From Zygnema circumcarinatum SAG 698-1b (taxonomy: Eukaryota; Plantae; Zygnematophyceae), in NCBI GenBank assembly GCA_037447605.1, contig CM074811.1, forward strand, positions 186,001 through 250,000: a stretch of DNA of 64,000 nucleotides, in the 5' to 3' direction. Below are positions 1 to 18,701 of this stretch, piece after piece. Both the position numbers and the translations under genes were made by a program. Positions within the stretch are counted from its first letter, which is position 1. Each line of letters starts with the position of its first letter. The notes under the pieces were generated by a model, which ran no database searches, had not been told where the DNA came from, and saw nothing but the letters and a program-made list of their open reading frames with translations.

Positions 1-3000
1 ACTGCTATCAGCAGCCTCTTTGACCCCCAAAAACAAAGCCCTTGGACTTGAAAGAGCTTCATCTCCATGATGCAATGGCAGTGCTCGTACATATGGATGG
101 ATGCTCCCAGTCTTCTGAAGCTTGTCTGTTTGTCTGTCTGTGATAGGCCGCGATGTTCCTTCTAATGCTTCACCGCGGGGAGACAAAACCTGCGTTTGAC
201 CTCCAGAACCGTCGCTAGCTCGTGATCGCTTTCTATCCCTACGAACCTCCACACCGTCTCCTATTACTTCTCCCCTCCTCCCAGCCTTCGAAGACTTTTG
301 TAAAATAGGTCCTCTACCTTGAACAGCCTGTATATGGGTCTCGGCAGGTGTCACATTCGTGCTCCCGCTTGCTGTTAAAACGGGACGTCCTCCCAACACG
401 ACTAACCCAGTTTGTTCCTCCCCCCATTCCTGCCCCTGATCCACTACCCCGGCCCTATCCAAGGAGGCGGCTTGATGTTGAGATTGAGCAGGATTCGATA
501 CCAAAGGTGATGGCAACTCCTCCTCTCCCATGACACTGCTGGGCTGTTCTCCTGTGGCATCCTGCAAAAGAAACTTCCCCGTAAAGCTCAGGATCAATGC
601 CTAAATATACGCTATATTGCAGCCGCGACCATGATGAACTCTCAAGAAGTGAATGTTTCCCATTAAAATGCAAAAGGATATCAGCTCATTGCCTCGACAA
701 AAAAGATACGGCCCTTAAGGATTAGGAGCTGATTCAGCACCAACAACCAGCTCCAAAGGGATCATTAGAAGTAATACAGATAACAATGAGCGCTCACAAC
801 TTTGCGGCCATAAAACGAACGAAAGCATCCACAAGCCACAGCAAGTGCCTGTTCAGAAGGTTAAGAAACTGCACCTTCATTTTAGGATTGCTCGACGTGC
901 TTGTAACTGAGGTAGACAAGACGAGGGAGGAGGGATTGATTCTAGCCTCTCCATCACGGATGATGTGACGGATACCGTTTTGTGCCGTTGTCTGTGTCTT
1001 GTGAGGCGTCGGAGTCAAATCAACTTCGGGTTGAAATGCGTTGGTCGATGGTGGCAGACTGAGGAAGCCATCCGGCTGTCCTCTCTGGAATGATCCGAAC
1101 TGACGTTCCAAAAAAGTATTGTTCCTTGACGTGCCAGCAGACACTCGTCCAAGTGATGCATTCGACTGGTTCATTGGCCATGAGGAGGTGCCCTCTGCGA
1201 TAGGAGCCCTACTGACACGACCTCGTAAATAAACCCTTAATTTACTATTCAGCGCAGCTTGGCTTGGTCTCTCCTTGCCCTGCACTTTCCAGAAACCCAT
1301 TGATTGACAATCTTAAGCGTCCTTATCAAACATAGGCTCCTACGGCATCAGTTACAGACGCTCTCGCGCTCGCACAACGAACTGCGAAAATGCAACAAGT
1401 TAAATTGGGTATGCGAGAGCTTACCGACAGCCACATGGAGAGCATGCTTTGAGAAACACCGGAGTTTGCGGCCACCAAGGTTTGCGTAGTATGAGTTAGA
1501 GTCATCACCTGTAATACGGCCCCAATGACCGGCTCAGGCTTTCCAGGATTCAGCATTTACAGGTAATAGTAACAGGAAGTGTTGCAAATTTCACTCACCT
1601 CCTTCACAAGTTCAATGAGATCTGCTGTTTCACTCGCAGCAAGGAGACGAAGTGTAATGTTATCGGCATCGGCGGCATTGTACTGCTCCTCAAGTGGAAG
1701 TACCTCCAACCTCCACTGATCAGAGGGGTCTCGATCGTCCATTGGAGGGCCACCATCAACTGGCTTATCCTCTGGCATTGCATTTTCTGGAAACCTACAA
1801 CCACTTACTAAGTTCTCTAAAGAATCTCCTTCACTTCCACCAGCCGTTTGCACTTCTGTGGAGACCGGAACCGGTGATGGAAAACTATCGACTGGTTCTC
1901 CGTCGTTCAATTTCCCTAAAGGCGCTGGCTCGAGCAAATCGGAAGCGTTAACTTCAATTTGATTAAGGTGAACTGGTGATGCACTGTTACCACTCACGCC
2001 CTCATTCGCGATCGGGCCATCCCGCTCGTCCGCATCCGAATCACCCGACCGCTGCTCAGGGAAATCTTCTCCTCCCGAGGATTCAATCTTCCTGGAAAAC
2101 GTCAGCTCTCTGCCAACTCGGCTGCTCGAATGCTTGAAACAATAAGCGCGCATTTCCACCTGCACATGAATGGTCCCTAAAGTTAGGTGATCCCAAACGG
2201 ATATGGTTTACCACCCAGTACAAACTATACAGCCTACACACAAAGTGAAATACAGATGCACCAATACATCAGGCAGCATACCCCAATCCAGGCTTGCGGC
2301 AGATCCTAATCGAGGATACTGGGGTTTCCAAATTATTCTCTAACATACCTGATCGCTCCCCTCCCGGCTAGATACTTCCATGCGCAATTTTGCTCTCATA
2401 GCGCATAGTGCGTGAAACGCAGTGGCACACAAACCTACGTCACAGCAACAAGGGAAAGCCAAAACATGAGCTCATATTGAATCACCCATCGCGCTGCAGA
2501 AGGCCTTTCTTTCTTCTTCTTTCTTTTTCAGTAGAAGAAAAAAATTGTGTGAGAAAACCAATGAAACACCTCAAATCCGCTCAGCAAGAACCTTATATGC
2601 CACTTCAACACGTTACAACAGATTTTAAATCATAAAAATACATGCTAAACAGCAGCCCTCTACATGCAACACATCGAGCTCTGGACAGAAAAAACATGAC
2701 AGCACAACAGCTGTTGCAGAGAGCAAGTGATGGAAGAGGGAGTTAGCAATGCACCATGGGCGCACTGTATGCAGGCGCCTTTCTTGTCACGACAGAGTGA
2801 GCAATGCAGGCGCCACCGCTCCTGACTGATGCCTTCCACATTGCAAATGGGCTCCATAGACTCTGCGTGTCGGACGAATGTCTCGGGAATCCACTGACAA
2901 CAAAAAAGATGCGCGAACTGCTGCTGCAGAGGTGACGGGTGAGACAATTTCCCTTCCAGTTCTTTGTCAGCAACCATGGAGTTCTCTACGGGCTTAAGAG

Positions 3001-3913
3001 CACCTCCCATGATGGGGCAAAGGACGCACGGAAGGGTCTTTGGTTGAGCGACAACGCATGCTGCACAAAGCCAAGAGCCCTCTGGGACCTGTCTAACTCC
3101 GTAGCATAGTTGGTGTACAGCTACGTCGCAAGAATCACAGAACATGATTGGATTGTTGTCTTCAGAGTCAGCTCCCCAGCAGACATGGCAAATTTCTTCG
3201 TCGTCACTGTCCTGCGGAGAAATAACTGTGGTCCATAATGCGGCAGCACCGATCTCATCGACCTTACGCTTCTTGTTCTCCGGACTTGCGTGAAGCAGCT
3301 TTCGCTTCACACCCACTCCACCCTCCCGTGCGCTTGCACCAATTTTCCTAGTTGATTTGTCATCCTCCCTCCACACTTCACGGTAGTCTTGCCCTAACGG
3401 GGGCACGTACAGCAAGCCCTCGATCTCAACCAGAGACAAGGGCCTCAGCAGTTCTATATCCTCTGCAACAAGCTCCCGGAAATAGTCCTCCACATGCGTC
3501 CATAGTGTCTGCGCGGGCGCAGAACTCTCACCTCCTCCTCCCTTTATCCCTCCAGTGGCGCCCTCTCTCGTCCTCAACGCCTGCTTGCCACGCTGCTTGC
3601 GCCTCCTGTCCTGCTGCGAACCACGCACAGGTGCAGGTAGCCCTAACCCTAATCCCTCAGTGGCAGGAAGTCCGTCCTTGTCACCCCAAAGTGGCACTGC
3701 CAGCACCTTCAGTGCTTGCGAGTACACGTCAACCCCTCCCCTGAGGCCCCCGGTCAATAAAGGCGGGTTGCTAGCCATAACCCTGCTTGCTGTAGACCCT
3801 GGACGGCCCTGCCGGCTAAGCATGGCCGCCGTTAGGTCGGGAGATTCCCCTCCGCCACTCGCTCCCTGCTCGCTGCACATGGCGCGGCCACTGCCAACGT
3901 CCCCTGGACGCAT
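1..3913 (-). CDS. PHD-finger/PZP (PHD + zf-HC5HC2H) chromatin reader, BRPF/JADE/NTO1-like; multi-exon, 3' end probably outside the window
   Basis: ORF 2660-3913 contains PHD 'CHVCWGADSEDNNPIMFCDSCDVAVHQLCYGV..WLCAAC' followed by the extended PHD 'CVLCP..GGALKP..AHLFCCQWIPE..CSLC..GACIQC'. Further minus-strand exons lie near 2440-2350 and 2160-1600; downstream exon limits are approximate. Confidence 0.8.
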
Positions 3914-4824
3914 GCAGATGCTTGGGGCATAGCAGCGACTCGGCCGACCGCCACAGCAGCTCCAGCCTCCCCTCCCTTACCTACACACCCTCACAGACCT
4001 CTCTCCCTCCTGCCACTACCCTCCCGTCCCCTCCCTCCGCCTCCTCCCTGGGAACGATTTAGGTCATCTTCCCGCCTCTTTCCAAAACGTGAACCCGCGG
4101 AGGGCGGAAGGACGCGACGTGGCGTGTGACGGTTACGGAAGGGTTCCATGCACAATCGTCCCGAGAAGCGTTATCGTAAGGGCTGAACCACGTGTACTAT
4201 GTGATGCTACGCGATCGTTAGACGTTGTAAAGTGGTAATTGCGTCGAACAGTCCAAACGGATTCAATTCATGGAGCTCTCTCCTCGGGTCCCGCCAGATC
4301 GTCGCCAATTTCCCGATAGGACAAAAAACGTGACGTCATAGTGATAATATTTGTTGGATCGTGCGTACGTGGCTCGCTCTCATTCGCTGTGCGAACCAAC
4401 GCCAATTTCTATGAAGCGCCCCCATTCTCTGTGGAGACAGTCGACCGATCAATGCAACAAATTTCGCTATGTAGCGACACCCCTCCCGTGCGAGAGACGT
4501 CTACCGCACCTACGAACGTGGATGAGAGCGAGCTCTCATCCACGAGGAAGAAGCGTGGGGGCTCGCAGGGCAGCGAAAAACGCTTCAGCACAGCTCACTC
4601 AACCTCAGCTTTGTCTGGTCTGTGTAACACCAGAGGGGTGGGTTGCCCAAATGCAAAGAAAGGAATAATATTCACATCCAGCTAAGAAGCACTGCCTTGG
4701 GAGACACTCCATCCAATCAAATGGCATGAAACAACACAGGACAGAGGGCAGCTTCGCCAAGAGACACCCCCCCTCTGGCAGCTTTGGCTTCGCTGGACAG
4801 GGACCCTTCCAATCGCGACTAGGG

Positions 4825-7800
4825 CTATAGCTTGAGAGAGCTTGGCGTGTGTTGTTTGCGCGATGAGTCTGCCGCCTTCTTGCCTGCTCCAGGCAATGAA
4901 CCTCGCTTGTCTTCCAAGGTGGCAAACACCTGCATGTCAGGAAACAAACCAGCATCAATACCTTCACCCTTTGGTTTGGTGTCCAACGAGCCTACTCGGT
5001 TGCCTGCTTCAACAGTTTTGATAAACGACCCTAACTTCAGCCGTTTCGCCACATTACTCTCATGTTTTGTTCTCCGGACAAGTTTTCACCGGTTCAGTCC
5101 CTATGCTATAAATCTCAATAGCTCGGCAAAACAGACATTGAAGATCTCATCTGAGCATTGGGGACTTAGCAAGGACTCCCAACATGGATTCCCCACAAGG
5201 AGCTTCAAGACCTCCAAGGCGGTATCCGCCTCCACATCATGCTGCAAGTAGAGTTCACGTGACAGACTTGCATCTCCCAGACCCAGCAGCACACGCCAGA
5301 TTCAATCCCCCTGGGACTGGGACTCTAAGTACCTTCGCAGAATTTGTGAAGTCCGACTGCTTGTCCCGTTTTGTGTCGCGACCTTCACTTGCTTGCGTTG
5401 GTGTCGTCGCCTTCTGTGACTCTGGCCGCCCTTCACGTCCTGTTGCACCAAAGAAGAAAAAGTGCAGTAAGTTAGAAGAAAGGTGCAAATACAATCAGTG
5501 CTACAATCTGTTCTGACGTCAAGTCCAGTTAACCAATTCACTCTTCACGCCCTTGCTGACCTTTTTTCTTCTGTCTGCGGCGCCGAGCTGTTCGGGTCAA
5601 GTCTTCACTTGAAGGCGCTATGGTCGAGTCTCGCTTTGCGTCAAACACGTCTTCTGGTGCAAGGAGAGACGCGTCTGACACCGCCATAGGAGCAACCTGT
5701 TCTCCATCCACCCAAGGGAGCTCATTACGAGCTATTCGACTAGGCATGTTGTAGTTGTGTTGACATTCAGGCATAATCAGACAAACTATTCAAACCTCGT
5801 TTTGCCATCACTCATATCATACCTCTGTTACAAGCACTGTCCTGGCTCAGAAATCCGCCAAGCTCATTGCCAGAGAAGTCAAAGTCACATCAACGCACTG
5901 ACATTGACGGAGACTTGGCAGCAATGGACCAGCCATCGTAATCCATTCTGATGCCTTGCAAGTACGGCATATTACCTCTTCCATCGCCAGTGCAGGAACA
6001 TCTGTCCGAGCAATCGTATCATCAATGACCTGCGGAGAGTGGTGAAGTACAGAAATGAGCATCAAATGATCGTGGATATGATGAAAGGAAAAAGCCACTG
6101 AGAACCTGCAGCTAGAGGAATAAGATGGCAGCAAACAAAGCTCCGTTAGGAAATGAAGCGGGAGTGCAGCCTACCAGTTTTGGAGCGAAATGGAAGTGAG
6201 AGAGCGCATCTAACTTCCTACAGAGATCGCGGAACACCTTTGCAGCCTGCAGTCTCCCATGGCGGACAGAGCCCAGTCAGCCAGTCCAATAGATTCGCAA
6301 CATGCATAGTGGCAGCTGCTCTGCACGCACAGCAGGCACAAGCCAACGCTCACCTCCTGCTTCAAAGCATCCGCAGAGGAAGCTGCCGCAGGTACTCGGC
6401 CAGCCGCCTGTGCATACTCCGCCTGCATACCCCTCGCTTGTTTTTTAGAGCCACATACTCGAGTTAATACTCGCGAGACTTGCTTCTGGGTTAAGGTAGA
6501 GAGTGTGCATGAGATACCCGAGCAACCCGAGCACAATATTATGCTGGCATCTTGAGTAAACGTGTTGCTGGCATACACTACTGATGACATTTACCCAAGC
6601 AGATGTATTTTCAATACCACCTCTTGAGGTTCTGTGACAAGACCCGCACGTAGGCAACTTAAATGAAGCGGTAAAGGCTCACCTCGTAAATCTCTGCCAA
6701 ACCCTTTTGGCTCTTGTTCTCATCCTGCAGTGCACCAAGCGGCTCATTCATTGCCGACACCTTATAAGTTGTTCCGCATACTACGAATATTTGTAATGCG
6801 CAATTTCTTATCTCATCACAAGAACTTCAATCACCAGTGAATAGTTGAGACATGCAGCATGATCATCTCAAAGGATCAATCATGAGATCAAATGCCACTT
6901 CACCATCCTGTCTAAGGAGAAACCAGCATGTACAAAGCTCCAAGTGATGCCACAACATATATCGGTGCCTAACGAAGCTCACCAGCTCAGGTAGCTCTCG
7001 CCTAATAGCAACAGTTGCTGACTCTTTCCGTTGGACATCATCAAAGCGGCTCTGCACATTCACACTAAAAAAAATGTCATTACCGTTGACAAGACAAGTG
7101 TAAAAATGATCATGAATGTGTACATGAGCCATTGACAATTCGCGAGTATCTCCACTTGGTACAATAGACTCTGTTCGCTTGCTATTCAAGCAAAAAAGTG
7201 CAAGAAACAAAGAGGGCAAAGAGAGGACAGGATAAGATCTCCGAAGCGAAATGGCAAAAGTGCTGCAGTACTGGAATTGGGCGACTACCTCCAAAATGCG
7301 TTGGCGTATTATGTCCTCCAATGATGCTGTCACCTCTTCAGTGATCACAGGAGGCGGACGCGCTGCATGTTGGAAATCCAGATCCACTTCTAGGGCACTG
7401 TTGCGCGGCCTATTGGGTGCCAGAATCTGCCAACCTCATTGCAAGCTGGATGATGAACACAATGAAGAGAGTTGCAGAAAAGAATCTAGCAACCTGACTT
7501 GAATCAAATCTACTCGTCTCTGTTGTGCGGAGTGATGCAGGCGTGAATACTAAGGCTTGAGCACTGGTAGAGTAATGCAAACTTGACGACAATACCTAGT
7601 CACACTGCAGGTGGGCCAACACTTTGCCACAAGCCATTCTTGTTTGTTATTTGAGATACACATTCAAGCCTACTGTTAAATTTCTTCTGGCTGCCGTTAC
7701 TGAAACCCATACCTCGACAATCTCCTTTCGCCACCGAGACTATCACATCCCCACGCAACTACAAACATAACCCTCCATACATTGACTTTGTGTGCCCCAT

Positions 7801-9570
7801 TGACGCTACATACATGTTTCAGGATGCAATGATGTATGCCTTTGAATAATGGCGAGAAATGCTTAATTTCAAGGTGAAATCGGCAACTTGTTAAACAACT
7901 CTAATTTGAACTGAAACCAGTGGAATGTAGTGTTCCACACCTCGCCACCCAAAGTCCAATCTTTCGGTGCCAAGTTTGCGTGCTCCAACTGTTCTATCTG
8001 TTGCTGCAGTTTAGCCACGCGCCGCTCGTGCCCCGACATCTGGCAACCAGCCAAGCTCACATAGCCCATTAGTTTCCAGCAAAACAATATTCTGCCAACA
8101 TCACGCAAACGCAAGAATTATTAGGACCTTTCACGCCTTCAAGAATAGGGCTCAAGTCTATTAGAATTCATCCTATGATAAAAAAGTTGACAAGGTCCTA
8201 ATCCCCCACTTGCGCTAGTTCGGCTGGATGCAGCTCCTCCATGGTGTCTTGCTTGTTTGGCCTCTCCTCATCACCCTCCTCATCAGCGTCCTCCGCTTCT
8301 TCTGCTTCATCATCATCATCATCATCTACATCATCATCATCATCTACACCATCATCTTTCGGTTTTCTGCCCTTTTTTGCAGTAGTTAGACCGTCAGAAC
8401 CAAAAAAATCGTCATACCTGCCAAACAATGAACAAAACCCACGATCAACAGCAAGAACTTATCGTAACTTCCTGGTGATGTTAAGTCATATCGAATAATC
8501 AAGATGGACACCTAATAAATCTACTGTATTTATGCCAACACGTGGAAGTCTTCCTCGTTTTTGTGTGCGTTAGAGTCAAAAAAAAAAAACAAAGAGATGT
8601 GCATGGGATTTAAAGTTTAAAACACCTCCTAAAAACTTCCAAAACAATTCACGAAACTTACTGAGACAGTCCTCAAACCACAGTAAATATCAAGGTTATG
8701 GTCAATGATTGTGAATACTTGCCGAATTTCAGTAGGATCCATCTGCCAGTTTTTTGCTTCTAATTTCTCCTCCTGCAGGCAGAAAAAGCACTGGGTATTA
8801 CCAAGAGACAATGATGGCTACGTTCTCACATCACTTAGGAACCAAAACGGCAACATTGAATGGCTATCTGTTCAGAATCAATGGGTACTGACCTCCGAGA
8901 GACCATCATCTTCACCATCCGTGCCAGATTCCTCCTCGTCCTCAGAGAGGATATCTCCTGCTTCATAGAGCTCTGGCATACGTTGCGAATTTTCTACATC
9001 ATTGGCTTCCGCGTCATCCAAAAACCGTTCCATGGCCTCCAAATCCAAAACATCTTCGCCGACTCGGCGCCGTTTGCTCCTCCCCCCTTCCTCCTCCTCT
9101 TCCTCCTCCTCCTCTCCTTCCTCCCCCTGCTGCTCCTCATTATCCTGCCCCTCACTCCTCACTCCTTTCCCTTTCTTCTGCTTCCGACCCTCCCCTTTCG
9201 TCTTCCCATTCCGAGCAGGAAGGCCGTCTACCAACTCATCCTGGGCAGCTGCAGGAGGGGCGGGCGCAGGCTTGTTGTCTTCCAACGCGCATAAACTGAG
9301 AGCATCTCCACCACTCAAACGGGATAATTTACGAATGCGGCGCTGTAACTTCGACAGCAGAGGTTGCCAGAACCCCTCCAGCTGAAGCCATATCTGCTCC
9401 GGGTCAAAGCCGTCGACATGCAGCTCCGCCTGCTCCTCCGTAGCCGCCTTCCGGAACAGCAGACTGACCGCCTCCCTTGCAGTGCGAGCGAGCTCGGGTG
9501 AAGGCGCGAGAAAACGAGGCGCGTCTGCCTCAGCGAGGTCGCGCAGTGGCGCCTCCCATGCGCCCGCCAT
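4825..9570 (-). CDS. MPP10: U3 snoRNP protein MPP10 (multi-exon)
   Basis: Exons encode '[15 protein letters not shown]', acidic tracts, '[19 protein letters not shown]', '[30 protein letters not shown]', 'RFDDVQRK', '[26 protein letters not shown]' and a C-terminal '..SSLKL*' (stop 4825-4827). Confidence 0.9.
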
Positions 9571-10201
9571 AGCCGCGGCGGGACCCTACAGCAGCAGCAG
9601 CACCTTGCTGCTAGTGCTCACTGAGAAGGTAGGGCCAAACTCGGAATGACTTCATAAAACTGGACGTCACACGGAACTGCGTAGACCCTCGTTCCATGCG
9701 CCGAACTGTGCAAGCTTTTCTGACGGTTTCCTTGTGAACAAAGTCCAATTTACAGTGCAGAGAGTTCCATGATTCCGTACTGTACGGCAGAAACGGTCGC
9801 TCGAGTTGCGCCGCTTTGCGGGAGAAAGTGATTCACCAAAGCGAGGTTTTGAAAGCGGCGGTTTTTTTCCCATGCAAGCAGAAAGGCACCCACATGCTTT
9901 TTTAGCAAAACTGAAACTCTTTCCTGAGCAGATGAGCATCAATCGTCCAGGCTTCCCCGCGCGAAGAATCTGAGGTACAACTCAAGATTCTTGCAGCAGA
10001 AGACTGGACGAGGGGAGGACCACAACGAGGTAAAACTTGCGGCGAGGCCAGCTGCTCAACCAGCGTAGATGGAAAGAAGGAATTTCCGTGACCTTGGGAA
10101 AAGTCATGCCGAAAGCATCACCTTGCTCATTATGATTTTTATCAAATGTCTTTTTCTTTTTTTTCTTTATTACAGAGATTCCCGCTTTCTGGTGGCTCTC
10201 A

Positions 10202-14314
<4,113 letters not shown>

Positions 14315-15793
14315 GGAGCTGCTTCTTTTCAGAATTTCTATGTTTTGATAGGAATGAAAGAAGACAGAAATGCATGAAAAGCAACCAAACTCCCCTTCCT
14401 TGCGGAATCTTATACCTGGAGTGTGCTAGCAATCCAACCCTAATCCTCCTTACGTGCTTTCTACTTCCTACTTTCTTCAAACCGACAGAGCCAAAACGTG
14501 AGCAGTGGGGACTGCTGTGGGATTTCCACATTCCAAACATGGGCCAAGCTTTCCAGTTTCCAACTTTCTGACGTCATCCTTGCGTCATTTGAACACATAG
14601 TCGAAATTCACTGTCAAGATTTCAGACTGCGAACTGTGAGGGTCAAAATGCGAGTGTTCTGTTCCAAAGTACAGTTTTTTGAACATGTAGCGGCCTTTCC
14701 AGTTAGGTTCGTACATGGTTTTTTTTCACAAACCTGGGTTTGCTGAAAGGCCGGTTTGTTGCCCCAAACCGAGCCAGCAAGCGCTCAGTTCTGAAGGCCC
14801 TGCAAGCGCGCTTCACTAGGGGAGGTTGAGCACTGTTGGTGCCACCATGGAAGGGTAAGGCGCTGCTGCTTCTGTGAAGAATGAGGGTTACTAAGATGGA
14901 AGGATGGAAGGAGCCACTCTTTTTCTCATGGTTTCCATCAATCAGTTTATGCAGCTTTAGTCGGTTATGCCCAAGTATTTCTTTAAGAGGTTCATTTCTG
15001 CCATTCGAAGCCCACCTGAGTTGTTCATAAGTTCTGGAATTTAATCTTTGTAGAAAGCGGTCACTCCAACATCTGTGTGGGCGTGCCAGAGGTTTCCGAT
15101 GGAGAGTCAATAACGCTTTTAGATCATTTAGCAATACTGTTGAGCTTTCCTGCTTCAGTTTATCGGGGTCTGGAGTTTGAATTCTTTTCTCAATTGTTTT
15201 AACAGAAAAATGTATGTGAAAATCCCTGCAGTGCGAATCGATGTGGGCTAAAGTAAGGAGCAGTCTGTGTTTAACTAATTTATACGAGAGAAAATAACTA
15301 ACTTTCGTAACTTTCGTACTCTAACAGAAAGCATCCAGGTATTGGATGAGTATTTTTGTATTAGGCTTCCTCTGAATGTTGTAGGAGAGAGCGAGGCAAA
15401 ATTCATCCTCACACGCTCTTTCCCATTTTGATGATTCGTTTTTTCAAGTTATAGCGTTGTTACCTCTCGTAGTAAAAGTCTGCCACGTGTTCCTTATTGA
15501 TTAAGAAATCTGTTTGGAACATCATTTATGGTGTTGGATGTTCTTCTCCGTAATTGTTTTCTGAACTCTTTCAAGTTTCGTCGGCGTACATCTCAGCTCA
15601 GGAGACTCCTTCAATTTCAATTCGTGTGTGTATAATGCCAAGAAAGAAATAAACAGGTTCCATTAAGACCGTCGGCTGCTTCAACTTTGTTGTTTGCGCT
15701 TCAATTGTACATGCATTAGGTGAAAGCTCGACCTTTCGAAACGACTAAGGTACGACGTCTATTGAATGAATAGGCCATACTGTAGGCAGAAAG

Positions 15794-18701
15794 ATGAGGT
15801 CAATCTATCGACAACATGCAAGTTTTCTTCTTATGTATGGCGGAGTTCTCTATGTTGGCAGGGAGGGCGTCGGCCAGTCAGGGAAAGTTGAGGGCATCGC
15901 TGCCAAGGCCGATGCCGCAACAGCTGCATTAGAGGTGGTGGCGGTGAGTCTTTCGCACAATTCTCGCCAGAGTCTATGAAAGGCTATGACCCGTTTCGAT
16001 TAGCTGACGTGTTAAGATGTCCTGCTTTGGACTGACGAGTTGGACACAACGTAGTTTAGTTTGCTCTCAATGTTTAGGTGCAGAGCCGGTCTGAGACTAT
16101 CGAAGTCATGAATATCTATCGTTCTTCCAAGGAAGTTGGTGCTGGCCAGTCCTCGACTGTTGATTCACCAGCGGGTGCACCGTCTACAGTTTGGCTGTTT
16201 TTGTGAAGGAATTTCTGGGGAAGGCCTGGACTTCAGGGCCTAAAGCCTTCGCCGAATCAAGTTGCAGGTCACCGTTTCGATGGTGAGCTCCTTCGAGTAG
16301 TAGTGATTCATTGCTTTTTGATGCCTAACATATTATGCGCCTTAGGTTCTCTGGATGTTTTCAGAGAACCTGTCTTTGTATGACAGCTGTTAGCGCAACC
16401 CTTCTCTTCGTGGCTTCCTTTCATTCCCCCCTATTAACTACCAAGCTGCTTTTTAATGGACAGAGGGAAGGCTTGGATCCCTTGTGGATGATAGTGGAAA
16501 GTTCTACAAGCCGCTTCAAGGCGGAGATCGGGGCGATAAAGAAACCGCGTTCTATGAAACTCTCTGGGCAGATGCTAATGTGCCACCGACCATAAAGACG
16601 ATATTTCCAAAGTTTTTTGGGACCGTCCTGGTGAATGCCGTCGGCGATGGCGGGCCGTGCAATATCTTTTAACAAGATACTATTCTTGCATTTGAGGGAG
16701 CTGAGCGGTGAGGCGTTGGGAGGGCTATCAAACTCACAATAGATTTATGCTACAAGGTCTTGGTATTCCGCCCGTTCTTTTCATTTGGCTCCGCCTGCTC
16801 TTGCTGATCCTCAAATTCAGACAAATGGTAATCAGATTTGCTTGATTACGAGCATGACTGAAAGATGGTACTCCCATTTTCAGCGACAAAGGGAGTACTC
16901 CTTGACATCCTTTGCAGCTACATCATGCAGTTATGGAGGACCTGACCCATGGGTATCAGCATCCATGCGTGATGGACATCAAGGTATTGGCAAATTATCC
17001 CTGTCGACCCGCTAAATTGGCTTTAGAAGTCGTCGTGAAGCCGATACCTGCAGAAGGGTTCATGCTTGCTTACTTCATCTGCATGAGCAGATGGGAAAAA
17101 AGACGTGGTATGAGGGAGCGCCGGAGAAGTACATCACAAAGTGTTTGTAGGCCAATCGCCCCCCCTCTGTTAATCTTTTCGCTGCCTTTCTCTATTACCC
17201 CTCCCCCCCCCCCCGCCCTTTCTGCATTTCGATACCGCGACCATTCAGAAACTGCACTCTGCTCTGAACTCTTTTAGGGTCGAGTCTGATTTGCCATTCA
17301 GTTAATATCAAACCGCTTGCAGTGAGGAGGTAAGTGATCACTATACCTTCAACATACACGCAGCCCCTCGGCGAGGACAGGATTCCCTTTTTGTTGTTTT
17401 TTCTTTCGAAGGAAAACAGCAGAACACGTTGCCTTTTAAACTCTTGTTTTTTTGAATTATACGCATCAAATTGTGACGCTTATTCAGAAGCCAAAACTCT
17501 AACTGGTTTCGAAGATGCATCTGTAGTTCAGGTCTTGACTTTGCCTTAGTTCATTGTTTACATCCGGAGAAGTGAGTGAGCCCTGTTGCCAAGTGCAGGG
17601 AGAAAGACGCCAGCACAACCTCAGGACGTTTAGGGTTCAGGATAGCAGGCATGCAGGTGAGCAAAACCCTCGCATGCATATGATTGTTGAAACGGCATTC
17701 CCAGTTAGGAAATGGAACAGCATACAGCTATGCCTATACAATTTCCCTTCCAGTTACCCTACAATTCAACATGTCGTAGAGGCGTCTGGCAGGTCTATGA
17801 GCCGAGCTCGGGAAGTACATGGAAAGCAGATCGCAAGTGGTGCAAGGACATTAGGGAGGAGGATGTGGAAGCAGTTTTGCAGCGATTTGTATCCCTTCGC
17901 CCCTTTGAGGAGCGGGAGGGGGACTGCATAGCATCTGAAGTGTACGGAGGTACGGGAGGGCTGCTGGAGAAGCTGCACGAGCTGCGGGGCTGGTAAGGCT
18001 GCAGCCTTTTTTTTTTTTTGCCACCAGCATCCTTCTCTGCCAGGGACGTATGTGCACTTTTTCGCAGTCTATCTGTTTCTGGGGCCAATCTTGTGGAAAC
18101 CTTGTGGAGATTGGACTGTAGCCGGACATTCTGGCTTTTTCGAATGTCGACCATGAAGCTTTGAAGTCGGAAAAGCTTAGGCAATGTATCCTGCATCCTG
18201 TTCGTTTGACAATATCCAATATTTTGAGTCAAAAACGCATGTTTTTCTATTGAACAGATGTTGAACTATGCAGCTCACGAAAGTCTTGCCTTCCAGAATT
18301 CGATCTCTAATGCTGGACGATCCGTTTCTTGTAGACGTAGAGCGTGTGCAGCAGTTGTGTAAGGTGTAGCAGGTGTGACGACCCATTTCTTTTTTGTACT
18401 GCTGAAAGTGATCTCATACGAAGAGCTCACAGCTGTTATTTAATCAAACCTACTTGTACTCTGGGTTATGGTTGGGCACATCAGGTTTTCAACTCAAACG
18501 AGTTACCATTTTTATTCCAGCTCTATATTGGTGGTCTACGAAGGGAAGCCCTCAAGCAGCTGTGCGTCTCGTAGGACGTCGCTGCGATTGGTGGATTTTG
18601 CCCATGTCATTGATGGCAAAGGGCAAATTGACGCCAATTTTCTGGAGGCCATAGACTCAGTCGAAGCCTACTTGACCAAAGTGTTGGACGACAGAGCATA
18701 G
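15794..18701 (+). CDS. IPK2: Inositol polyphosphate multikinase (IPK2/IPMK), multi-exon; start codon uncertain
   Basis: Contains 'NQVAGH', 'DDSGKFYKPLQ..RGDKETAFYE', PxxxDxKxG ('PCVMDIK|MGKKTW'), 'FYSSSILVVYE' and 'LVDFAH' motifs of the IPK family; stop at 18701. Confidence 0.88.
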